From a virus: 64,000 bases of DNA. The position numbers and the translations under genes were made by a program. Location: the IMG/VR virus record IMGVR_UViG_3300046680_000412, positions 17,975 through 81,974 of that record, one strand, 5' to 3'. Positions within the stretch are counted from its first letter, which is position 1, and the number at the start of each line of letters is the position of its first letter. The notes beneath the pieces are model-generated. The model saw nothing but the letters and a program-made list of their open reading frames with translations, ran no database searches and was not told the DNA's origin. Below, in pieces: positions 57,470 through 64,000 of the stretch.

Positions 57470-57643
57470 ATGTCGAACGTAGCAATCAGCCGCACGAACC
57501 GAAACAGCATGCCCGGCGCTTGGCCGATGGCGCGAGTGTTGGAAGTTCTCGGAACGCGCGTTGCGATGTCTGCGATTCGCGGTAAGCCGAGCCCCGTGGC
57601 TGCTACGGTGCTTGCTCGCCTCGAATCACAGAACAGCAAGTGA
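57470..57643 (+). CDS. 57-aa hypothetical protein (leaderless; not in ORF track)
   Basis: ATG 7th nt after TATTCT; MSNVAISRTNRNS... Confidence 0.55.
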   Translation: MSNVAISRTNRNSMPGAWPMARVLEVLGTRVAMSAIRGKPSPVAATVLARLESQNSK

Positions 57644-57822
57644 TTGCAGGCGCTTGCGCGAGTGACGGATCCCAGAGGGATCCACGCTGCGCGCCCGATG
57701 TATCACGGATTGCGAGCGATCTCGCACACTTCGATGGTAGCGCGAAAAAACTTCTTGCGTTGAAGCGAACGGCTGCTAGATTCTAGTTGTCAGCAACGAA
57801 TCGAATCGGGAGAAACGAAATC

Positions 57823-58224
57823 ATGAAGTCCTACACCGCGCTCTCTGCCATCGTCGTCGAATGCTTCAACATGGGCACGCTCACGGGCGATGTGTTCCTG
57901 GAACTCCAAAGCATCTTTCAGAACGTGTGTGGCGACATGGGTGCCACCCCGGCCGAAAACGTCGCACATCGTGCGATGCAGACTTTGTGCGATCGCGGCT
58001 TCATCGAAGCCCACTACAACTACAACAACCGCGTAGACGGTTATGTGCCCACTGCGCGCGCGTATGCCGCATTCAAGCTCGAACTGGCGAGCGGCGGTGA
58101 GTGTCACGAGCCACGTGACGCACATGACGCTCGCCTTGTCGTGATTGTCCCACAATGGGCAGAGTTCCGCAGTGGCCTCGGCATGTCGGTCAACACCTAC
58201 CAGCCCGATCGGGACGCGGAGTGA
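57823..58224 (+). CDS. Hypothetical protein (possible winged-helix)
   Basis: GGAG RBS; RAMQTLCDRGFIE...YVPTARA. Confidence 0.65.
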   Translation: MKSYTALSAIVVECFNMGTLTGDVFLELQSIFQNVCGDMGATPAENVAHRAMQTLCDRGFIEAHYNYNNRVDGYVPTARAYAAFKLELASGGECHEPRDAHDARLVVIVPQWAEFRSGLGMSVNTYQPDRDAE

Positions 58225-58424
58225 TGCCAAGCTTTCCCGCGTGTGAGCGGCACACTGAGCGCGCATGCCCGGTGTGCACAGACTGGGCGGCGAAGTATGC
58301 GCGTGTGCCATCGCTACGCGCACTGCGCAAGCGTATTCGCGCGCAACGCAGGCAACTTGCGCGCGATATCGCAGTGTTAGACGTGTTGATCGAAAAAGCG
58401 CGCGCAATGGCGAAAAAGTCGTAG
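58224..58424 (+). CDS. Small Cys/His hypothetical protein
   Basis: TGATG coupling; CERH...CPVC. Confidence 0.55.
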   Translation: MPSFPACERHTERACPVCTDWAAKYARVPSLRALRKRIRAQRRQLARDIAVLDVLIEKARAMAKKS

Positions 58425-58455
58425 CGTTGAAGCGAATCGCTGCTAGAGTCTAGGT

Positions 58456-58782
58456 ATGAGCGACGAACAAAAACCCGGCATCGCAAACGGAACTCTCTTT
58501 CTCGTCCACATGAAGCACGGGCCATGGTGGTCGGAGATGAAGCGCGGTGTGGTCTTGGAAGCCAAGTCAGACGGTAGCTTCGGCACACCGATGGAGTTCT
58601 CGCACTTTGGTTGGGCGCAAGGCTATTTCACGCTTACGCCTACAGTCGAACGCACCAAAAAGGGAATGAAAATCACGCTGGTGTCGTCGAACGATCGCTA
58701 TAAGCGCGCTCTGACTGTGTTGCCCTACACGCGCGAACAGTTCGAGGCCGATCGCGAAAGACGTTTTGGGCCTCGCATGTAA
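58456..58782 (+). CDS. Hypothetical protein (leaderless)
   Basis: ATG 7th nt after TAGAGT. Confidence 0.7.
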   Translation: MSDEQKPGIANGTLFLVHMKHGPWWSEMKRGVVLEAKSDGSFGTPMEFSHFGWAQGYFTLTPTVERTKKGMKITLVSSNDRYKRALTVLPYTREQFEADRERRFGPRM

Positions 58783-58795
58783 CGCGGTTCCCCTT

Positions 58796-58930
58796 GCGCG
58801 CGCAACGCGCCCCCAAACGGGGGATCGCGCTGCAGCGCGCAAGCGCCGATCTGGGAGTGCGCAGATAGCTTAGCTACGCGCGCGTCCCGCTCCGCGCCGC
58901 TGGCGCGCGGAGAATCGTGCCAAAAGAATC
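58796..58930. repeat. ~135-bp intergenic repeat, copy C
   Basis: Same core as copy A. Confidence 0.9.
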
Positions 58931-59010
58931 ACAAAAAACTTGTAGCGTTGAAGCGAAGCCGCGCTATTCTGTGTGTTGTGAGCAACGCAACGCAAACGGA
59001 GCCAACGAAG

Positions 59011-59304
59011 ATGCGAGACCTGTGCTTTCTCTGCGCACCCCACAATGCCTCGAACGAAGTGCCAGCGCCTACCGGTCGCAAGCTTCCGCGCTGTCGCATC
59101 TGTGGCGACAAGATGCGCGTGCGAGCGGTTTCGGTCGAGTGTGAGACAGCGGCCGGCTTTCGTTGGCTGCATTCCATGGTCGCACAGTCGGAAAAAACGT
59201 CAGGCGCGTACCTGCCGAACGCGAGCGAGCGCGGTGCATTCGTGGTCACGAGTCAGGACCGTTGGCAAATCACTTTGCAGGCCGCTGGCGGTCGCGAGAT
59301 CTGA
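59011..59304 (+). CDS. Hypothetical Zn-ribbon protein
   Basis: Promoter + GGAG leader; CFLC...CRIC. Confidence 0.65.
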   Translation: MRDLCFLCAPHNASNEVPAPTGRKLPRCRICGDKMRVRAVSVECETAAGFRWLHSMVAQSEKTSGAYLPNASERGAFVVTSQDRWQITLQAAGGREI

Positions 59305-59311
59305 GCGAGGC

Positions 59312-59632
59312 CTAAGCCCCGTCCGCACTCGGATCGGCCGGGGTAGTGGCTGCAGCTGCCTCAGCGGGCGCCGCTGGCGATGGGGGCGGCGAGAGCGAGC
59401 GCATGATCTCTTGAGTCGCGCATGATTCGCGCATGAGCCTGCGCGCTGCAACTTCAACCGCGGTTGACGCGTTCGCCACTGCGATGCGTTCGAGCGCGAG
59501 ATTGATCACACCGGTGACTTCATCCTGTTCGAGCACGACAGGTGCGCTAGGTCGCTCCGATGCGCCGGGCGGCCGCAAACTGTCCAGCTTGCGCTTGATC
59601 GCATCGGGTGTGGGCGGATAGCGGCTAGCCAC
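59312..59632 (-). CDS. Hypothetical protein
   Basis: Overlaps upstream minus-strand gene by 8 nt. Confidence 0.55.
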   Translation of the reverse strand: MASRYPPTPDAIKRKLDSLRPPGASERPSAPVVLEQDEVTGVINLALERIAVANASTAVEVAARRLMRESCATQEIMRSLSPPPSPAAPAEAAAATTPADPSADGA

Positions 59633-59960
59633 GGGTGCGCCTACCAGGGTTGACGTTTACGGCTGGCATGACGGGATACCGATCGGCATCGCGCTGCGCA
59701 TCGCGTTGCGCCTGCAAATAGATCCTAACCTCTTGAATCGCATCGGCGTTTCCGTCTAACGCCTTGGCGATCATCTCGTCGCGCCTGTGTTGCGCGTCGA
59801 TGGTTTCGAGCAACTTGGCGGCGAATGCTTGCGCATCGGCTACGCGCTTTTCCTGTGTCGCGGTGAGTTGATCGTGCATGCGGCGTAGCGCGTACCCTGC
59901 AACGATCAGGATTGCGCCAGCGCCTCCAAACGTTTGCAAAATGGCTGGTAAGGCATCCAC
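59625..59960 (-). CDS. Single-TM coiled-coil membrane protein (holin-like)
   Basis: FGGAGAILIVAGYAL followed by coiled coil. Confidence 0.6.
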   Translation of the reverse strand: MDALPAILQTFGGAGAILIVAGYALRRMHDQLTATQEKRVADAQAFAAKLLETIDAQHRRDEMIAKALDGNADAIQEVRIYLQAQRDAQRDADRYPVMPAVNVNPGRRTRG

Positions 59961-60217
59961 GGCGGCCCTACAAGCCTCGCACGGGGCTAGGCGCTACGCG
60001 AGGACCCAGCCCGGTCAAAACCCGCTGGCGAGGCGCTGGCGCGCCGCAAACGGCCTCGAAAAAGCGACTTTTGCACACACGTGTGCGAGGCTCGCGCACC
60101 ATGCCTAAAAAGTCGAGCGGCTCCGCGCGCTTATGAGATAGTTGCCGAAAAGTTGTTGCGTTGAAGCGAACGCGCGCTAAGTTCTAGGTGTCAGCGGCAA
60201 ACAACGGAGCAACTCAG

Positions 60218-60550
60218 ATGGCAACACGATACACCGGCGACCTCAAAATCAGCATCAAGCTTCTCTCGGACAGCGTCACTTACAACGTCACTCTCGAAAC
60301 CACGGATCGCACCGTGAAGTTTGTACCGGTCAAGGGCATCAGTCTCTCACCCTACGCGCAAGCGCGCATCGCAGCCGACAGCAAAGAAGCTTTCGACGAA
60401 GTTGCGCGTGTGGCTGTATCGTTCGCAGCGGCCGACTTTGGTGACGAGGTCCTGAACTGGACCCGCATGGACGACGAGGGCGAAGTTGTCATACAGCGCC
60501 GCTACGCTGGCAACAACGTGGTACGTGGCCTGTGCGGCGTATCGGTCTGA
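60218..60550 (+). CDS. Hypothetical protein
   Basis: Promoter + GGAG leader. Confidence 0.7.
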   Translation: MATRYTGDLKISIKLLSDSVTYNVTLETTDRTVKFVPVKGISLSPYAQARIAADSKEAFDEVARVAVSFAAADFGDEVLNWTRMDDEGEVVIQRRYAGNNVVRGLCGVSV

Positions 60551-60734
60551 ACCGACACCAAAGCGAGCAGACCGAAAGCAGCGGCGCCTCATGATGGCGC
60601 CGCTCGCAATTGGTGAGTGTTCGCGCTCGCCTAGACGATAGTCAAAAAAGTTGTAGCGTTGAAGCAAAACGCTGCTAGTCTGTGTGTTGTCGGGAGCGAA
60701 ACAAGCCTGACGCCGAAACCGGGGATCAAACATC

Positions 60735-61130
60735 ATGAGCTCATTTCTCTGTTCAGACCGACACCTCGCAACGCTCGCTCTGGCATGCGCGCGAATGGAC
60801 GGCGAGCCGACAACGGCGAAAGCCATCTACAAGCGGCTTCACGCTGAGAATTGCCGCAGCATTGCGGCGCTCTACCCGAAAGCGCCCGAAGCGTCTTCTA
60901 AGCCCGCCTCGTTGCAGTCGGTGTGCGATGAAGAACTGACGGATGCTGAAATCGACGCTACGCCGCTAGAGCTGATCAAGCTCGCGACTTGCTACACGTA
61001 CCAGGCTTGCGAGCATGCTGGATGGGCGAAAAGCCGCGCGGCGAAGGATATCCAGCGCCTGCTAGCAGCGTGCGCGGTGCAGCTCGCAAAGCACCTGCCG
61101 GACTACGATGCGGCCCGCTGGTCGATCTGA
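60735..61130 (+). CDS. Hypothetical protein
   Basis: Promoter + leader; LHAENCRSIAALY...CYTYQACEHAGW. Confidence 0.75.
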   Translation: MSSFLCSDRHLATLALACARMDGEPTTAKAIYKRLHAENCRSIAALYPKAPEASSKPASLQSVCDEELTDAEIDATPLELIKLATCYTYQACEHAGWAKSRAAKDIQRLLAACAVQLAKHLPDYDAARWSI

Positions 61131-61142
61131 TTTCTGAGGCGA

Positions 61143-61280
61143 GCGCGCGCAACGCGCCCCCAAACGGGGGATCGCGCTGCAGCGCGCATGCGCCGATCTG
61201 GGAGTGCGCAGATAGCTTAGCTACGCGCGCGTCCCGCTCCGCTGCGCGCAACGCCTGAGAATCGTGCCAAAAGAATCGGC
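61143..61280. repeat. ~135-bp intergenic repeat, copy D
   Basis: Same core as copy A. Confidence 0.9.
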
Positions 61281-61363
61281 GAAAAAGTTGTTGCGTTGAA
61301 ACGAAAGCGCGCTAGTCTGTGTGTTGTCAGCAACGCAACGCAACGCAAACGGAGCAAACGAAG

Positions 61364-61624
61364 ATGACCGCCAAGACAATCCGATTCGACGCCACTGTGG
61401 ACTTTGCCGCTGAGCTCGCGACCGTGCTCACACAAGCGTTCGCGAGCCTGCATGGCGACACGAGCACGATCGGCGTACACATCCCGGCCTACGGCGACGA
61501 TTGTGAGCAAGGTGAGCTGGTCGCTGGCGACGCTGAGCCGACGCGCGACATCGGAGAGGCCGATTGGTACGTCGTTGGCAAGGACGTGGCATCTGTCGTG
61601 TCGCAGCTGCAAGCGATGGCCTGA
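61364..61624 (+). CDS. Small acidic hypothetical protein
   Basis: Promoter + GGAG leader. Confidence 0.65.
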   Translation: MTAKTIRFDATVDFAAELATVLTQAFASLHGDTSTIGVHIPAYGDDCEQGELVAGDAEPTRDIGEADWYVVGKDVASVVSQLQAMA

Positions 61625-61680
61625 GAGTGGAACAGCGGCGCCCACGTGGCGCCGCTCGCAATTTGTGAGAGGGATCGAAG

Positions 61681-61896
61681 ATGAATCAGCGGCGGCAAAT
61701 CGTGTTGCGTGTGGGCTCGCCTCGTGTGGCGATCGGCATTGGCGTTGCGTGCTTGCTCGCGCTCGACTACTGGATCCGAATGGATGCCCCGTACGCGAGC
61801 TTGATCGGACTTGGCGTCATGGTCGCGATCGCACGCGGCTTTTACGCAACGGCTCCGGACACTTGCGAGGAATCGGCGAAAAAGTTGTTGCGTTGA
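61681..61896 (+). CDS. Small two-TM membrane protein
   Basis: GAGG RBS; two hydrophobic segments; stop lies inside next promoter. Confidence 0.55.
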   Translation: MNQRRQIVLRVGSPRVAIGIGVACLLALDYWIRMDAPYASLIGLGVMVAIARGFYATAPDTCEESAKKLLR

Positions 61897-61952
61897 AACG
61901 AAAGCGCGCTAGTCTGTGTGTTGTCGGCACGGAACAACGGAGCGAAACGAAG

Positions 61953-62192
61953 ATGACCGCGAACACTTGGATCAAGCAGACCTTCAGCAACGGCGATGTG
62001 AGCTACTTTGAGGTGCGCGGCATGTGCAAGAATAACAGCCGCAAGGGCGTGTGTGTGTTCGTCGAGCTCGGATCGCGTCGCAAGTTGCGCGCCAAGAACG
62101 ATACCGTTCCCAGCACATGCATGTCGCTTTGGCGCTCGTTGGCTGAGTCAGATGTGCCGGAAGCCGTCAAGGCGGCGGCCGCTGCGAAGTGA
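61953..62192 (+). CDS. Hypothetical protein
   Basis: Promoter + leader nearly identical to that of 55153. Confidence 0.7.
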   Translation: MTANTWIKQTFSNGDVSYFEVRGMCKNNSRKGVCVFVELGSRRKLRAKNDTVPSTCMSLWRSLAESDVPEAVKAAAAAK

Positions 62193-62351
62193 GCTCGAAG
62201 GCAGGATGGATGGATGCGGCGCCCCTTGGCGCCGCTCGCAATTTGTGAGGGCCTTTCGGGCGGTTCGAAGATACTTCACAAAAGTTGTTGCGTTGAAACG
62301 AAAGCGCGCTAGTCTGTGTGTTGTCAGCAACGCACATCGGAGTAAACGAAG

Positions 62352-62594
62352 ATGACGATCGGAATCGGTTCAATGGTTGCAAGTCGGCGCTATGGCAAGG
62401 GCGTTGTCTTGCGCAGCAAGGACGGCGGCCGCACATGGTTGGTCGAGTTCTCGAATGGTTTCTGCACGGAACAGGGCCCGGCGCTCTTGCGTGAGTTGGA
62501 GCAGTCGTGTCAGGGCGCCGGTGTTGAGTGCCAGTGTGGGCGAGATCATGGCGATGGCGCCGATCGTGGCGAATCGGGTTTCTTGGCAGACTGA
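62352..62594 (+). CDS. Hypothetical protein (SH3-like N-terminus)
   Basis: IGSMVASRRYGKGVV...WLVEF. Confidence 0.65.
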   Translation: MTIGIGSMVASRRYGKGVVLRSKDGGRTWLVEFSNGFCTEQGPALLRELEQSCQGAGVECQCGRDHGDGADRGESGFLAD

Positions 62595-62695
62595 GCGCCG
62601 GCTGTAGGGCGTCTGAGACGAGGTGGGCCGCTGGCGACAGCGCGCTCACCTTTTTTGTTGACGGGTGCGCGCGCGCGAAAGATGCTTTCGCCCGA

Positions 62696-63058
62696 ATGAA
62701 GCTTTCAGAGCTGCGTGAGTGGCTGCGAGCGGCCCGATCGTCCGAAACCGAGGCCGATGCAGGGGCGCGCGCCGATCGGGGCGCTGGCGAGCGCCTACGG
62801 GCGATCCCATGGTGGCAGAGTGCGATCGCTCCGATGCACACGCGTTGTCGATCGACAGCGGTTCAGATGTCAGAACGCGATCTCAGGCGCGCTACGCGCG
62901 CGCCAGCGGCCCGATCGGACAAGCCGAGTGCGAAGCCAGCGGAGCGCGCACCGATCGCCAGCGGCGAGGTGCAGTGTGTCAAGTGTGGCGTGATTTTCGA
63001 CGTCGACCCTAAAGCCTACATTCCGTCGACGTGTGCGGCGTGTGCGGCGTATTGGTGA
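62696..63058 (+). CDS. Hypothetical protein with C-terminal Zn ribbon
   Basis: MKLSELR...; CVKC...CAAC; TTGACG upstream. Confidence 0.6.
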   Translation: MKLSELREWLRAARSSETEADAGARADRGAGERLRAIPWWQSAIAPMHTRCRSTAVQMSERDLRRATRAPAARSDKPSAKPAERAPIASGEVQCVKCGVIFDVDPKAYIPSTCAACAAYW

Positions 63059-63068
63059 TGTGCGCGCG

Positions 63069-63440
63069 ATGAAGTTGGAAGATCTCCGCGCGCTGCTTTC
63101 GAATGCGCCTACAGTCGAGCCCAAACCTCCGGCATTGGAGCTCAAGTGTGAGCGCTGCAGCGGCGCGTTGACGACTTTCGGACATGGCGACATTTGGGTT
63201 TCGACATGCGACAGGTGCGTGGCCGAAACTCATTGCGCGCGGTGCAAGCGCGAAGTGAGCAATCCGCTCGAATTGGAGACGCTTGCCGATGGCAGGCGCA
63301 TGTGCCCCAAGTGTCGCATACTGGACTCGATCGACATGATGAAGTCGTTTATGGTGTCCGTTGCGCCTGGCATGAAGGTGAGCGTAACCGGTTTGCCACG
63401 CCGCTCGAAAATGAACTCAAAACGCCAAAAATCGACTTGA
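63069..63440 (+). CDS. Multi-CxxC hypothetical protein
   Basis: MKLEDLR...; CERC, CDRC, CARC, CPKC. Confidence 0.65.
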   Translation: MKLEDLRALLSNAPTVEPKPPALELKCERCSGALTTFGHGDIWVSTCDRCVAETHCARCKREVSNPLELETLADGRRMCPKCRILDSIDMMKSFMVSVAPGMKVSVTGLPRRSKMNSKRQKST

Positions 63441-63465
63441 CCCGCTCCGGATTCGTTGCGCACCG

Positions 63466-63780
63466 ATGAAGCTAGACAGACTACGATCGTACTTTCAGCG
63501 CCGAAAAGAGCCTGATTCGAGCCATTCGCTGCGCGTCAAGTCGAAATTGGAGACACTCGCGCCAGCGCTGTCAAGCTACGTGATTTATGGGTTCGATCAC
63601 GCCGCTGGCGAAAGTCAACTAGTCTGGCTCGCAAGATGCGGAGCATGTGCGAAAACGATCGAAATTGGAGAGGGTGCAGCCCACGTGTCAGACACAATGA
63701 CATGTCCAAGGTGCGCATCGGTGTTGACGGCAAGCGATGCGCCCGATGCGCACAAAGGGCCTCGAAAACGCCCAAAGTGA
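63466..63780 (+). CDS. Hypothetical Zn-ribbon protein
   Basis: MKLDRLR...; CGAC...CPRC. Confidence 0.6.
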   Translation: MKLDRLRSYFQRRKEPDSSHSLRVKSKLETLAPALSSYVIYGFDHAAGESQLVWLARCGACAKTIEIGEGAAHVSDTMTCPRCASVLTASDAPDAHKGPRKRPK

Positions 63781-64000
63781 GGCGAAATCCCGCCCATGCG
63801 ACAGGTCGGTCCGAAAGAAGCTTTCAGCCACGATCTTTCCCTAGTCGCGCATAGCCGTTCAGACACTTACCAGCGAAGCGCTTTTCACACGCGCCGCCAA
63901 ACACGCCTAAAGCGTGTCCAGCTGCGAAGCGGTAGAGAAGCTTAGGCGCATCGGAGCGGCAAGCCGTAAATCACCGCATTCGTGCTCTTGAGCGCTCCGC

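Larger units (their letters stand above)
60578..62249 (+). repeat. Three copies of double hairpin GCGGCGCC-N-GGCGCCGC-TCGCAATT(T/G)GTGAG
   Basis: At 60578-60617, 61633-61669, 62216-62249, each just after a stop codon. Confidence 0.8.
43662..62315 (+). promoter_or_regulatory. 23 dispersed copies of a conserved promoter: A-tract, T(T/A)GCGT, 16-bp spacer starting TGAA(G/A)CG, TAnnnT
   Basis: -35 starts at 43662 (TTGACA variant), 44681, 46204, 49803, 51125, 51471, 52130, 53097, 54036, 54555, 55088, 55554, 56217, 56683, 57436, 57755, 58422, 58943, 60156, 60654, 61291, 61888, 62288; all on + strand at gene boundaries. Confidence 0.85.

Noticed and set aside
43662-62315. Repeated ~35-bp motif as a CRISPR array
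   Set aside because: Spacing is hundreds of bp and irregular, intervening sequences are genes, the motif has -35/-10 architecture, and no cas genes are visible
1-64000. Diversity-generating retroelement, retron or integron
   Set aside because: No reverse transcriptase or tyrosine recombinase motifs and no adenine-specific TR/VR pair were seen in this window

Overview
Segment of a large, GC-rich, contractile-tailed (myovirus-like) phage genome, coded almost entirely on the + strand. 1-14.8 kb: end of the tape measure gene, baseplate/tail module, two fibre-like proteins with Asp-box propellers, and candidate holin/spanin genes. 14.9-42.8 kb: a self-contained replication/recombination block (SF2 helicase, initiator with internal iterons, DnaC-like loader, DnaB, MTase, primase, MoxR AAA + vWA pair, sigma factor, DnaE, HU, UvsY-like protein, SSB-like protein with a very long charged tail, RecA, SbcCD, RuvC-like nuclease, 5'-3' exonuclease, UDG, Dcd). 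43.6-64 kb: an accessory/early region with two ParB-like paralogs, a DNA ligase and about 30 small genes arranged as cassettes behind 23 copies of one promoter motif (9 apparently leaderless), separated by three families of structured intergenic repeats. The strongest novel candidates are this repeat-delimited cassette array and a ~500-nt promoter-driven, highly base-paired, ORF-free candidate ncRNA (53.1-53.6 kb) followed by a ~31.5-bp-period A-tract repeat array. All calls come from reading motifs by eye; no database searches or folding programs were run.
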